Shown: positions 11,940 through 26,579, counted from the whole stretch's first letter. The stretch: 62,673 nucleotides of DNA, filler included, from Choristocarpus tenellus KU-1152 (GCA_964200185.2; 12 parts of 12 records of this genome joined end to end with filler, not necessarily neighbours in it); one strand, 5' to 3'. Notes: generated by a model not told the origin, from the sequence alone. A program made the numbers and translations.

Positions 11940-14900
11940 GGCATCTATGGGGTCACCCAGGTGAGCACCTGCTATTCACCCTAGCCCAGCTATCCACCGA
12001 TGTTCTCTGGGGGTGCGAAAGGCTCTCTTTTATGTGGGGAGGGGGCAGTGTAATAATATAGGCCCCAGGTTGAAGTATTTTTCTTGTGACAGCTTGTTTA
12101 GTCGTGGTTGATGTCAAAGACAAATACATTGAACATTACGTAAGACTCTTGTGCGCATGCTCTCATGTATATATGTATGTATGTATGTATTTAGTATAAA
12201 ATTCTAAATATAATAAAATAAATAATAATAAATAAAATTGCACTCACATTCCCGCAAGGCTAACTTAGGCCATGTTTGTGTGTGCTGCAAAAACTGTCGG
12301 GTGCAGGCTAGTGAGGGATTCGATCTGGTTGATCTTGTTCCGGACGACTCCTATGCAAGAGAATGTGAGAGCAGACTCCCAGTTGATCACTTTGTTGATT
12401 ATTTTGCAACCTGAACAGGGTTTGTTTAGCTGCTGAGGGATTCTTGGGGGGATTTGGGGTGGAGGGCTTTCCTAACCCGAGTGCGTATCCTACTTCTACA
12501 GTTGTGACGTCCCTCATCCCTTGCCTAAGCAAGCTTCAATCTGATCCACACCCGATCCAAATTTGTTGTTGTTTGAGGAGCCATAAGCACTGGAGTTAGA
12601 AGAATAATATTTTCAAGAAAGTCATCCCCAACAGCTCTAAACCAAGATTTTTAGGATCCCCCTTCCCACAGGCTCCTCTGTGCTAAGATGCAAATAAGAT
12701 GAGATTGTCGTTGTTGTTGCCAACAGATGAAACTGTCGCACTGGCTCTTTCCGCTCACTGGGAGCAATTGAACAGGTCAATCCATCTTGAGAATCTCCTG
12801 CATTGCATCTCCTTCTTTGCCATTACCACTATTAGCCCATTTATCCTATCTCAACCATTCTGACTTGTCTTTTCCTCCTGCATCCCTGGTTTCTCCGATG
12901 TTGTCTGTCTGTCTCCCCCCCCCCCTATTGAAAGACTACTTAACTGCAAGGGAATATAACTTGGACCTCACTCAAGACTATCTTCCCCTAAATATCTTCT
13001 ACGAGGACGTAGATTACACAGACACTGCAGTTCAGGTCAGCATGCAGGCAGACACTAGTTGATATCCGCAGCGTATTTCCAAGCTTTGGTTGAGGAGGTA
13101 ACTCCCAGGTAGTGAGGTGGGAACCTGTGTGTTGGTTCGCGATTAATTAAATCCTTGGGAGCTCATGCAGGAGTAGAAGATGTGTCTGTTTGTGGTTCGT
13201 CCAGTGCTGCTCTTCTAAGAATTCATCACCTTCCCGACAATTTCTCCTTTTTGTCCTTACCTGCCGTCTCGATTGACCATACTTTAGACCCGGGTGTTGT
13301 CCCTATTGTCCTCATCACCCAATGCAATATACATGCACAGCCACACCAAGAGTATTGGCAAGAAGAGTACAGACCCCAGTACAGACCCCAGTACAGCTCC
13401 CCGAACAGATAGCAATAGAGTTGTTTGCCTCCTTGGGACATGAAGCCCTGTGTGACTGTGCGCATTGGATTATTATTATTATTATTATTATTATTTTTAC
13501 TTCCAGATGTGCAAAGATGAACCGCTGTTACACCTCTCTCTCTCTCTATCTCTCTCTCTCTCTCTCTCTCAGCTTTTGTTTGTGGAGGTCTTGTTCATGG
13601 CGTTGTTGTGAGTATCCTTGTGCCCTTGACGTGTGTTCTTGTAGCCGCTGTGACAAACCATCGCCTGATTGGCACTGCCTTTGTGTCATCCCTTGTCCCT
13701 TGTTCGGTGGGGACAATAGATGGAGATCCAGGACACAGATTCGACCATGGTGGAATTGACACACGTGGGTGGGCCCATTGACTCTTGGCTCACGTCCTTC
13801 ATGTTCTGGGCGGAAGCTGAAACTGAGTACAGGTAACCATAGGCGGTTTTCTCGAAGGTCCGATGATCGTGTATCAGAGTGAGTGAGCAAGGAAGGAGGC
13901 GTTCATCTCAGAGAGGTTGTCCAACGGAACACCAATGCTCTGTCCCTCATCGCGCACACAATGCCCTCTGACTTGACCTCTGCAAAAACAAAACTCTCAA
14001 ATTTCTTCTCACTCACTCGCTCTATTCTTTTTTTTCATTACAGTGCAAGTATCGACACCACTGGAACCTACCCTGTTCACACCGACCCGGGCAGCTTCTA
14101 CACGGCGCTATCGGCCTTTCAGGCAGACGTGACAAACGCCAGGTTTGATGGCGATGTTGTGTTCGCAGAGGATGGCACCATTGAGGTGAGGCGTTTTGAC
14201 GGGTGGGGAATTGACTTGAGTCGGAAGAGAGTCTATGACTGTCAATGCCACCTAGAGTTTGTTCCAAGGGGCTTGAGAGGAGTTACGTTGAATATTGCCC
14301 TGGCAGGCCTTTTGTCGTCGTTGGTGTACCTTTTATTGGCAGTTGACTTGGGGTATTCCACGGCTTGACACTTCGGTATGGACTCTAGGGTTCAATCCTG
14401 TCTGTACAGGCTTCTTTTTGATGTGCTACTCTGCATCACAGCAGACTATTCTGTTGATCTACAGTTCAAGTTTTTCGTACAAGTACACTTACGCTATTGC
14501 ATTCAAAATTGTGACAATTGTAGAGAGTAACCCCTCCCCCAATGCACCATTTAATCTGTTGTGACGCACGTTTTGTGTTAATCTATCAGATAAGCCGTAG
14601 CAACATGTTCTTGCTGGACTTAGGAAGTGCTGATAAGAGCGTCAAGGCCATCAACAGTGTCCGTGACGTTGTCGACAACACTGACCTGAGCCCGGAGCCA
14701 TTTGCCTACTCTAATGTCTTCATCTTCACTGAGCAATTCCTTGCCATGTGAGAGCATGCCTCAAGGGCATGCATACAAGACTAACCTGGTCCTCCTTCCT
14801 TCAGTTTCAGATGTTCAGTGGTGACTATGACGTGAACTCTATTCCACATCAAATCATCACCTTGGTCGATACTCCACCTGTTGTTGCAATTGTGTAGTTC

Positions 14901-15231
14901 TGGCTGTGCAATGAGGAACATTTTTTTTAACGTATATCTTTGTTTTCTTCTGTGGGAGCATGTGTAGTAGCTATTTCTCACTTTTTGAGTTGGGTTCTAG
15001 TTCTAAACTTTGTGTCCATCAACCAAAAAGGGTCAAGTTGTGTGTCACCCATTGTGTGTCGCCCGACCTAAGTTGTCGATGCTGATACCTTCCTGTTTTG
15101 TATCCCTCTTGTTCAATCTCAGGTATAGGGAGCTTGTGGTCAACTTTGCACTTGCCCTGGTGGCAGTGTTCATCCTTAGCCTCTTCATCCTCGGCAGCTT
15201 TCAGAACTCCCTGTTGGCATGTGTAGCACTG
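11940..15231 (+). CDS. Patched/NPC1-family (RND, sterol-sensing-like) membrane protein, internal part, spliced
   Basis: Phase-consistent GT-AG exons 11940-11960, 12307-12364, 12935-13035, 13720-13832, 14044-14185, 14590-14747, 15123-15231. They give GIYGVTQ-ASEGFDLVDLVPDDSYARE..., DSWLTSFMFW, PFAYSNVFIFTEQF and the TM segment ELVVNFALALVAVFILSLFIL, matching the second luminal loop and following TMs of Patched-domain proteins. Confidence 0.85.
13467..13570 (+). repeat. (ATT)n and (CT)n microsatellites in an intron
   Basis: Read directly. Confidence 0.9.
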
Positions 15232-16295
15232 GTAAACTTCCCACCCTCTACTACTATTTCCAGACCTCCCAGCCATGCACACTAAGTAGAGGCTGATGTG
15301 TTACTCCCTGATGTTGGCAGGGTAATCGTTCCGATCCTTCCTGTTTCGTGTGGAAGACTTTGGCAGTTTGCATCCTCTGGCTGAGATGATGCACGAGTAA
15401 CAATTTCCCGTTTTTTTTATTTATATATTGTTCCCCTTTTTGCCCTCTTTTTTGAAGCTTTTTTTTTTTTTTACTTTATGGCGATCCACACTGCAAACTT
15501 CAACGCGTCACGGATCAAATCTTGCGCACAATAAATCAAGACAAGTCGTGCGATAGATTTTCACCCATCGATGCCTCCGCCGCGATGTGCCCTTTCCCAC
15601 TCACTCCAGCCTCTTCCCTCCCCACCTAACCTGTCCCTATCCGGCACAAATGTTCTCGGGCTACTGCTGAGGTAGGTGGCTATCGACGTGGAGCTGCNNN
15701 NNNNNNNNNNNNNNNNNNNNNNNNNNNNNNNNNNNNNNNNNTTAATTAATTAANNNNNNNNNNNNNNNNNNNNNNNNNNNNNNNNNNNNNNNNNNNNGAA
15801 GAAAGGCACTTTTCGCGAGAATTTTTACGCGCGCGCCAAACTCGCGTGAATATCTCCCCGATTTTGTGCCAAGTCGCCCGAATACGAGAATTCCGGTATA
15901 AAAGCCTACTTTTTTAGCATGTCGAAAAAAGCGGTACAAAATGGGATTTGGTACATAATATTTGGTATAAAATCGAGGTAGGTTCTACTGTACATAAAAT
16001 ATATCCCTTTCACTACGGAGGACGGCAGCCCCTTCAAGGTAGACAGGATCTAGTCTTTCATGTAGGTGCACTTGCGAACGCTGGAATAGCCCTCTACCGG
16101 GACAAAGGCCTTCTGCTTTATGTTACATTTACAGAAGTACAGGCAACTTCCCATCTTACACATTCATCGACCAGCAATGGTGTAGCTGCTGCTGCAGCTG
16201 AGGTAACAGCGGATCATGATAATGGCGGATGGATCATTTCATGGAGGATGACCGAAATGGTGCGCGGAAAGTGCCCATATGTTTTTTTTTGTAAA

Positions 16296-16422
16296 TAACA
16301 GCCGATTTCAAAAATTGAGGATGGAGATATAAATTATATATCGACACTTTATCCCAGTCAATTTTGGGTCAAGCCCATCCTCAATGAAAATCTCCATCCT
16401 CAATTATTGACATCGGCTGTTA
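16296..16422. mobile_element. Small MITE-like element with 33-bp inverted ends
   Basis: taacagccgatttcaaaaattgaggatggagat (16296-16328) matches the reverse complement of 16390-16422 at 31/33. The outer TA dinucleotides fit a Tc1/mariner-type target. Confidence 0.7.
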
Positions 16423-17075
16423 AATGTCATAAAACTTTTTTAGGGTCCCTTTTTGAATGGGAATCCATGCCGAAGGTGGTTGTAGGACATATTTAATTGA
16501 TAAATACAGTACCTATCTGTCACTGGCTCTCCATCCTATTACACTATCCACCGGTGGTGTCTATAGTGTATCAGGAACACTATCGACGGACAAGCATCCA
16601 TGTCTTGATTAATTTCGAGTTGATGTAAGGCAACCTGATTGACGATCAGCATATCAAATTAAAGCTGAGATCATATGCAATAGATTGGTGCAAAGAACTC
16701 CAGTCGCAAAAAACCTCATCTTGATATGTTTTTCTGCGATTTTCATTTGTGGCAATTCAACCTAACCTTTCGGTATTTCCTAACTCAAGACAAAGTAATT
16801 TGCGACCAGATTTCTTTTTCCCAATTTGGTCTCAGCTTTATTTTGATTTGTTGATCACTGATGAGGAAGCCTTAGCGACTCTGCGAACACCAATATAAAA
16901 AATACGATTTCAAATACCCTGAAAGTTAATTTCCGACGAGGACCAGGAGAGTTGTAGTGAATGTTTGCCACAAGGGATAGATCGCCAGTCCCTGGGAGGG
17001 ATGGAAGATGAGCATTGGCAGCAGAGGGGAGAAGTGAGAAATCTTGGGTAAATCTAAGGAATCTCGCCAGCAGTC

Positions 17076-20000
17076 ATGTTAGCAAGGGTGGGATATCAAC
17101 CCGACTTTGTGGAACTTAAGGCATTTGTAGAAGAGGGAGACCTGGAGCAGCTCAATGCTAAGCTCAATGCCCTCAAGGTTGGTATATTGGCAATACTGTG
17201 GGGAAGATTCTATACGTCGATATTTGTCATTTTGGGGGGATAAGGTGCACAAGTAGATATTGGTAGGTACAGGTTAGATAATGAACGTCAGTTCAATGAC
17301 ATTTCCTCCGCCTTCGTCTCGACCCCCCCGCCCCCCACTTTTTTTGATATTTTTATTCTCTTCGTATTCGTAGGGGAGACCACGTGCTTTCGCGAAAGCC
17401 TTACGTGAGGCCGATCGGGACGGGACTCTGTTGTTGCACGCCGCATCTGGTCACAAAGAAAACAGTGTGAAGATATTTAATCGCATAAAGGAGCTAATTG
17501 ATGTTGAACTTGAGGGCCTGGACGAGCAACTGCGCTACGCCGACGAACATGGAATGAATCTCCTTACGCATGCTGCGTTTGAGGGATCAATGCCTGTGCT
17601 GGAGTGTGTCTGGACGCTGCTAAAATCGGAAAAATTTCTGCAGGAGCATTTGCAACGGTCTGGGGCTGTGGTAGCGTACGCTATTGAGCCAGGAGGTTCT
17701 GATGAGAACGATACATCTCTCGCGAGTATTAAACTGAAATATATCCTGGACAAGATCAAGGAAGAGGTGAATGCTTCCTGGGAGTTCTCACTTCTAATCT
17801 CCGGTTGCGTTTTGCTGCATCTTGTTTTCATATTCACAGAGGAAATCTGACCATATATCATATTAGAATGGTGGATCAATCTATGCTAACATTCGACATT
17901 TTGGAGAGATATCCGTTAGAAGAAATGAACGTAGGTGGAAAATATTGTGCATTCGCCCTTCTCACCGTGAAACTCACAGACTTCAGACCAACTTTTCCCG
18001 TAGAAGTGACCAAACGCAACGAGCAGGTCATACGACCCCTTTGTCGTGGTTTCTAAGGTCGTGGTTTCTAAGGTCGTGGTTTCTGTGAAGGTCGTCTGCT
18101 GTGGATTTTACACTGCTCATTACATTTGCACTCATTGTCCATTATTCTTAAGGTTCATTGTGGTTGCCCTAACGCCAACAATATTCCCCACCTCACTTCC
18201 ACATTAGTTGCTTCATAGGTATTTTCAGGTATTGTTGAGCGTCCTCTCCATTCATGTGCTATATCCGAACAGAACTTATGTTTTTGAGATATGCAATTTA
18301 CACTCCATCTAAGGGTGGAAATTCTCACTAACTGTATACCAAGAATAATATTGGAGCCTAGTTAGGGTTGGTAGGAGCATATTATTTTGACCATTATTTC
18401 GGAGAGAGAACTTGACAGTCAGAACTTGATGAATAGAAACAGTGGTAATTGCTGATCTTCCATCACAATTGATCGAGTTGAGCCCTTTGTGAATGCATCA
18501 GGGAATTTTCGCTACAAAGCTATTTACTCAGTAAGGATATTAGCTGAAGAGATCATGTTTATGCGGCCACAATGCAATGCAAGCCCCCAAACTACCCATG
18601 CAAGAACTTGGCCATCCTCTCAGTAGAATTGGTATTAATGATGGAGGAAGGCTTTTTTCCAGGTTGTGAAGTTTCAAGGACTATAAAACAAAGACTTGGA
18701 CTTAGTTGATAGTTGTTGAGTGAGCCCTTGATGCGCACACTCTAGTGTTGTAAATATTGGACTCGTTTTCTATGTTGGGATTTGGACTCCTCCCAAGGAT
18801 TGCCTCCTGAAAGTGAGAACATGCTGGGCGTCGCCTACTCACTTTTTGGAGACTTTTCTTGAATTTCGACCTGATAAGTACATATATTGCTGCGGGTAGT
18901 GACCCTCTATAGGAATCTGAGGTACCTCTTCGAAGTTGGGTTGGGGGGTGCATTTTCTCATTGTTCTCCACACCATACTTAGCATGTATTGTTCCTCTTT
19001 TGTACGTTGGGTATTTCCTGATAGTTTTCTGTTGAGAAACAAAATTCTCTTTATGGTTGTAGAGATATCTCTATTTCCTTCCCCTAAACTCCTCAACTCC
19101 ACAACTCAACAACTCCACCCCCCCACTGTTTCAAACACGACCTAGATGACTAGTAGCATGGAAGGTCATTATCAAATTGGAGTAGGAGCTTTCTTGAATT
19201 TGAAATGTGATCTCAGGGATGGTGCAACTATGTAAAATTTAGGATTTGGGTGTGTTTGATGTTCTAGTCAAAGTCTAGAGCTCTAGATGCTAGAGTTATA
19301 AAGAGCGTGTGATGTGGACTCGTTGTTCATCAAATACTGCGTGCTCAAAAGCATCACTTAGGTTATTGTAGCTAGTGTGTACATGAGAGACTGGCCAGTA
19401 TTCCTTGCAGCATTGCAAGTTGTTACCAATGTTGACACATCAATGTCACCCACCAGAACAAAATGCAGAGTCAAGGATATACCTATTAGGCATAGTCATG
19501 AAGGTTGGGGGGGGTAGCTAGTGGTATCTTGAGACTGTGGTTCCAAAATAGTATGAGTAGAGTGGAGAGGTCAATTAGTAGGAATTGCTTGGTCAGGCTG
19601 AAGGGAGGATTAGCCCTAACCCTCACCAGTTTGAGGTGTGTCAAAACTAACAAATCTTCCCTGCGGGTTGTGGATGGTAAGCAGTGCTGAGGAAAGCAGG
19701 AGGGGTGACCAATGCTGGGAGCTGGCTGCTCGTATGTGGCTGTGACGTTCTCTTACAACCACAACAGTTGTTTCAAAATCTACCTTGACTGTTCTTTTCT
19801 CTTCCTCTTGTCGACTGCTGTCGTTGTGAAGTCTTGGTAGTTGGTATGATGAGTCTTCTCACGATTGGGGTATCTGTTTATTGGAACCTAAGACAGTATA
19901 TCGTGACCTACATTTACTAGAAATGCTCACCTTCCAGGGGTAGAGGGCATTGGTGGCCAAAACGCTTGTTGACTGTGTGAAGAAATGAACATGGTTTTGC

Positions 20001-23000
20001 ATGTAGTCCTGATGTGTAAGGTTGAAAGGGTTATTGGGAGGCATCCAATTGTAGTACAAGAGAACACATGTGGAGTATTTGAGACTGGGGACTCTTTTGA
20101 TGTTCGGTTGATGAATGTGTGTATTGGTATGCTTGTCAAGGGGTAACATTGTGGGTACTTTTTATAGAAAGTTCTATGGTAGTATCTTGTAGAGCCAGTC
20201 TACGGCACATTCATCTTTTTGATTGAGTGCTGTTGTGAGATTGTAAAGCCAAAGCAACGGGAAGCCTAGAGATTGAGGTCTCGACCCTGCCATCTCTCTT
20301 CCTTTTGCCATGTTGCTTTCATCACCTCTGCAATGTAGAGTTTGAGCCTTGGCACATTTGATTTTCCCCATCACTAATCCTATTGGCAAAACCCCTGCAT
20401 CTTGATGACTCATTCCAAGTGTCTCTTGACTTTTTGTTCCGGCCGGGTTTGTCACCGCCTGTAACCCCCCCCTCCCTTGTCCCTTTGAACTGTACCTTCC
20501 CATATTGGCAGTCCCAGGAGTTTGTGCCTAACACATCAACAGATGCCCTGATGCAAGGGGAGGGGACAACACTTCAGTCAGGGGAAGAGAAGGCTGTGAG
20601 TGCAGTGCTTCATACCCCAAACGCCTCGAAGGGTTGCACAATATATAACAATATATAACCGATAACTGCTGTGTTGTTTGATTGAGATGTTGATCGTTGT
20701 GCGATTGGCAAGGTCTATATCACCTATATCCTGTAATTTCAAGTTGTAAGCATTGTAAATGCATGCGTGTCTGTTTTTCCTTCCTTTTCTGTGGCTTCTA
20801 AGACCAAGTGTACACCTAACTTGATATGTAACTGCAACTTCCCATATTGGTCGTCCCAGAAATTCATGCCTAACACTTCAACAGATGCCCTGATTCAAGG
20901 GGAGGGGACAACATTCCAGCTAGGGGAAGGGAAGGCTGCGAGTGCAGCGCTATATACCCCAAATAATCTCAAAAAGATTGCACACTATATAACGGATAAT
21001 GCTGTGTTGCTTGATCAACATCTTATTGTTGTACATATGGCAAGGTCTACATTACATATACCCTGTATTTTCAAGTTGTGGGCATTGTAAGCGTGGTTGT
21101 GTCTGTTCTGATTTGCAGAAATTCCATCATGCCTTAGGAAGTTCAGAAGATTGTTTTTAGAGAAAAAAGGTTTTCCTGTTTTTTCGGTGGGTTCTAAGAC
21201 CAAGTGTAGACCTAATATACGAAAATTACCTGCTCTCTGTCTGCCCTTTGGATTGGTCAGCTAACACATGAAGAACATGGACAGTTTTGGCAAGAAAATG
21301 ATTCCAGTGAGGCAGGTAATCCCTCTGTTGAGAGTGACTTTCTAACACGGATTGACTTACTGAGGAAGACAAGAAAATACAGCTTGGCCCATCACGTGGA
21401 AAGGGATGCCAGTCCCCTGGCCTTGGCTGCGGTTATTGGGAGAGCTGATCTCTTTGACCTGGTGAAGACACACCTCATAGAGGTGAGGGAGGAAGTCGTC
21501 AGATGTAGTAGAAGTTTGAAAACCCACCCACTCCAGGAGTAGTGAGGGGAGCCTCCCTATATATTTTTTTAAACTACATTTTTTTTTAAAGATTCTTTTC
21601 TGTGAGTTACATTTTTTTTTTCAAAAATTGGAATTTTGTACTTTCATGATGTGATCGTATTCCTTTCTCCATGACATATTGTGTTGTGCTGAATAGATCT
21701 GAATAGATCTGAATAGATCTGAATAATGAAGTTGCCTGGAACTAAAAGAATGAAGTTGAAACCCTTTTTATTCAAAGTAGCATTGACTTCTGATTTTAAG
21801 CATTGTTGCAATATTGTTGCAATTTGGATGCCCTGTGCGTGGCGACCGACAGGAATGTGATCTATGGTGCTGCAGGAGGTTTCTTCTGTGTAGCTAAGAG
21901 TTCACCTTCCACATCAGGTGTTGCATCCTGTTTCTTCAACACAGCAGTTCACGCATCAGTCCTTCGTCTCGAAATGACCAACAATTACACCCTTCCATGC
22001 AACTGCAACCTTGATGCGATGATAGTGCTTTCCGACGGTTGAGGAGCTTCGGGAGGACATTTTCCCAATCCTCAAAGAGGACAATCTCATTTTGACGCCA
22101 CTGCTCGGAGCAGTCTTCAGCAAAGACATCGCAGTCTTCACACATGTCATCAAGTCTGCAGAGACTGTGGGACTGTTGCCTCATACCAGGGACCCCGCTT
22201 TGCTTCCGGATGAGTTTGTGAAGGATGTAAGTTTAGTTTATGACAAATACCCCAAATACCCACTAATACCAAGCATACTTGTGACTAGTCAATAACCTGA
22301 ATTATGCCATGCTGTGCATGAACACCCTCAAGTTTATTTTAGATACACTCTACCTAGTACGATCCAACTCTCACCCAAAGTTGAAGGGACCAAGGATCCA
22401 GACGATGGGCTTGCATATTTGTCGTTGTTGGATGATCAAACTGTGGATACCTGCGCCTTCAGAGGAACATTACCCAGCTTCCCTTCTCACCTCTTAGTAG
22501 GTTCTCACCTCTTAGTAGGACTCACTTTCGCATGCACAATATATAGCCGACTGATTCGCTGATCCTTGTGTTTAGTTGTGGTATTATTGGTATTGTGATT
22601 CTGCTCAGTAATTTTTTGGGCTCGAAGCTCACACAGGGGCTTGAGCTGTCATTCTCTGAGTTCTGCCTATATCGTCACTGAGCAACTTGTCTTGCGAGCA
22701 TCTTCCATTACCATCCCCATATTAAACATTCCAAGACAATGGTCTGATAACTCGTGCCATTCAGAGTGCTCTTCTGTATGTCTAACAGTACTAACACTGA
22801 TTGCACTCACCAAGACAAAATAAGGGCTGGGGTATCACTTAGAGACCTATTGATATGTTCCACTGCTTTGCCTTTTGTGACTGGTTTGTTGCTCCAAAAG
22901 TGTGTTACTTGGTGATCTAAATTGTGCTTATAGGTTGTGTGAAGGTCTTGCTTAGTCTCGATTTTATTTACTAGGTGAGTCTGATCAGCCGACCCATCTT

Positions 23001-26000
23001 GGTCACCTGTCATTAGTAGAACATCAACATGCTATGAGCACAACACTTGGGCATAGTTTTACTAGTAACATATTGCAAGAAAAGATACAATGATCACTCA
23101 ACGCCATTGCACATCATAGGTGGATTCCAGTGGTCCTTGACCATCCTAGCCACTTCCTGTCTGATCAAGATTGACGCCTATTGTGTGTGAGCTGCACTCT
23201 CAATGAACGATCCCCTCCTGCTCTTAACGCGCACTGAGGCGAACACCCCAATTCTTCCTGTTGATATGCAGGAGACTTTACACATGATGCTCAACATTAT
23301 TCTACACATAGTGTAGTGTATTTCAAAATCCTGCATGAAGTTTCTGAACCCTTAGTAATGTCTTCGCTAGATTGTGCCCATACTGGCCCCTATCTTAGAC
23401 ATGGAAATTGTTTGTCAGGCTGCTTTCAGTGATCCAGATATATCTGAACTCATATGTGATGTCATAGGGAATCATCCTTGAAGTTGAGGGTCTTCCTCTC
23501 CCCACACATGCATGCACCAGTGCTCAATCTGAAGCCCCTATCAAAGCTGTACAATGTCTGAACTCTATTACGATTGAAGAGTTGACTTTTTTTATGCCTG
23601 TCTTCCCATGTATACCTGTATTGTGAAAGAAGGCTGACCCTCCAGGTCAGCCGCCCCCCTTAGGGTGAACTGGTAGCAAACCATGTTGGTCTCAGTCGTA
23701 CGGTGATTGTTATTTTTGGTTCACCCCCCACAGCCTTGTGGAACCCAGCACTGATGATATTGCATTCTGGCTCTTAAATGTGCTTGCTAACATGTTTTGA
23801 TGGATCGCTTGAACCTGATGCTTGCATACGGTTGTATGTCTACAAGGAGTGAGTGGGCACAGAGCTTATTTGATGAGGGGCAATATCTGACTTACAACTA
23901 GCAATATCTGACTTACAACTAGCAATATTTGAACTTACCATGTCTCACAAAAGCGTTTTTGTACCAATTTCCATCCACAATATCCCATCTCCTACCCCAA
24001 CAAATGGTGCACTGTTCCACCCACCTTCCTATAGGACTTGAGGCACAACATTTAGGGGGTTAGTTAAAATCACACATTTTTCAAGGATGTATTAGAACAT
24101 CTACCTTGCAGCATACTTCATGCACCTAAGATAGAGTGTTGCTTTTCTGAAGTTTTATTGCTTATATTGCAACAACCATATGCCTCCTTTTGACAATGCA
24201 GGTGATGAAACAAGTAAATGGTGTGGAGGAAGGGGCAATGCTTGATGAAGATCCCAAAATTCTGACAACTGTATTCAAGGTGAAACAGCCCGAAGCCCAG
24301 GTTACTCTCATGGTGAGCGGTTGCAAAGGTATTTACATGACCTTGAAAGAGATTGGTTTGAGTAAATATCTATCAGGAGCAAACCAATGATAGAAGCAAT
24401 GTATTGCACTACATGCTTCCCTCGCTTTTTCTGGCACACTGTCAAAGATACATGGCATTGCTGTCCAAATATTCCTAGCAATGTCTTTGGAGATAGGACA
24501 GTACCAGACTACCAAAAATAAAATCAGCTCGTCACCAATCTCGTTCTCCTGCAAAGTACAGTCAACTCTCAATTTTTGTCTGCTTATTATGTTCTTGGTG
24601 GAAGAAGGGATTAACATTATAGGGAGCGTCAAACCATGTACTTTGGAATAGTTTTGAGTAGCACTTTTTGTGTTTCTTTTTGCTTCTGTTAAGTTCACTT
24701 TTCTCGGTGTTTTCTGAAAAATAAGATGTGGAATCAAATGTTTTTGAGTATTTCCAAGGCTTGTAACCAAAAATGCAAATTCTTTCTGTTGCAATCCCAA
24801 CAGGCCACTTTCAACACAAATCTAACTTGGAAATTTGAGGTGGAGATGAATAGATTAGACTTTCGTGCTCGTGCTCTAAAATGGAAGGGGAACATAAGGT
24901 ACTGTTAATGGAGGGGCAAGCCACTTCTAGGGCACAGATTCAGGGCTCTTGGTGTTGTTGGAAATATAGCTACCACCAAGAGCTTCACCTGGTAGTCAAG
25001 TCCATGCTGTTAACACCAGACACAGAGGACCCTTAGACTGACACTTGTACTACGTTTCCACACAGCGTGCGCTCTAAGTCCCTACTACTCTGGGATTGTA
25101 GTTTTTGCAGTATGGTGCTCCCACATGACACAAATGTGAGATCCTGCTTAGCACACGGCATACACTTACATAAGTATATGAACTTGTAGGGAAGGAACTG
25201 AGGGGGGTAGACGATGAGCACTACCTCATATCATTCCGTGCCCCAAAATTAGCTTATTATTTGTATGTTTCTTGTCCTCTGTACGCTACCTTATTTTGTT
25301 ATAGATCCCGAGAGGTTATCAATCACACTCTCACTTGGGAGAATATCAGGGAGAGGCTGGAATTGATTGGGAATAACAGCGAAGATGTCATCAGCAACAT
25401 GCCTGGAATCATCACAAGGTGTAAAACTGTAGTCTAGAATACTCTCAACGATGTATGTGTGAGGTTGAAGTGATTTATAGTTCACCTTTGACCCCTGCAA
25501 TGTTGTGTTGAAGCCGTGATTGGTTTGATGCTTGTCTACTCTGGTGTTTCTCACACTGACCCAAAAAGCACAGCATATATACATTGAACTTGGTGGAGTG
25601 CTTCATGCTTCATCTGATTGCTAAACCCTGAGGCTTCAACCACCAGGCAAAAGCTTGATTAATGTTGCGTCCTCGTCAACTGTGAAAATCAGAGAAATTC
25701 CAAGAGTACTATGTTTTATAACAAAAGACCCCTTCTGTTGGACAGTTAGAAGTACGAAATCTTAGTTGGTCCTAACCCTGATTCCATTCTGCAGCTCCAA
25801 ATCCATCTTCATGAATGGAACTATCCTGTTGCACTTGAACTTGTGTGAGGTATGGTTAGGATTCATGTTACATAATGTTGGGACTGCATCCCTTGACCCA
25901 ATCTGGCCCCCAAAATGTCACCACATCCCTAATCTCTGGTTGGACAGCAGTAGACATGGGTCGGTGTACCTATCCCCCCCCCCTTCCATATCCATTCCTC

Positions 26001-26330
26001 TTTATGTTTATTATCTATTTGAGGATCCAGTGCATGCTTTTTTGTTATAGGCAAAATGATGCCTGTTATCATTCCAGTTTTCCATTTTTCATGTATGTGG
26101 CTTTGCACTGTTGAATAGCCCCCTGATGGTTGTGAAGCCATTTATTCTTAGTTTGAGTGTACTACAGCTTCACTTCCCCAATGCTTCCCCGCTTCAGTTA
26201 CAGCCTGGGCAATCCCTTCAATACCTGGTGCAAAATGTCAGTGGAAATCTTCAAGGCTTCTTGGCGTGAGCCAAGGGACCGCATCTACCTGCGGAGGTTG
26301 AGGGCAAGGATAGACAACCTGATCATGGAG
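17076..26330 (+). CDS. Ankyrin-repeat-containing protein, 5' part, spliced (possibly TRP-channel-like)
   Basis: Exons 17076-17177, 17374-17766, 21261-21482, 22026-22226, 24202-24312, 24804-24898 and 25305-25418 join in frame; ~25795-25849 and ~26204-26330 are tentative. Ankyrin-like motifs: DRDGTLLLHAA, DEHGMNLLTHAAFEGS, SPLALAAVIGR, TPLLGAVFSK. Confidence 0.65.
18042..18084 (+). repeat. 15-bp tandem repeat (gtcgtggtttctaag) x3
   Basis: Read directly. Confidence 0.85.
18150..21220 (-). mobile_element. Highly decayed Ty3/gypsy-like pol remnant in an intron
   Basis: Short minus-strand traces only: FWWVTL (integrase Zn region) and an FTSNS...TSH-like integrase core. Purine run gaggtgggg near 18190. 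No intact ORF. Confidence 0.35.
20488..21215 (+). repeat. Diverged direct duplication, ~340-bp unit x2
   Basis: ttcccatattgg...cctaacac...aacagatgccctgat.caaggggaggggacaaca occurs at ~20500 and ~20840. ttctaagaccaagtgta occurs near 20800 and 21195. Confidence 0.8.
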
Positions 26331-26579
26331 GTATGGGTGTTACCTCGGTGCTGTGTGCACTTAGTCCTGATCTTTGTAATAGGGGTTAGAAGTAGAGCAC
26401 TTGGAAAAATCAATATTTGAGGATTTGTGTGTTGCATTTTTGTGTGAGGGGAGTATTGTTCAAAGGCAGTAGGGTAACGTCCCGCTTTTGCTTATCTTCA
26501 ATTTGTTGTTAAAACTACTGTATACCCTACCCATGCTCTCCCCGGTGATTCCATTAGAGTGCCGGAGCAGTGCACTGTA

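Noticed and set aside
22330-23750. Possible second gypsy integrase remnant (SNSHPK...RIQTM)
   Set aside because: Only one faint motif and no definable boundaries.
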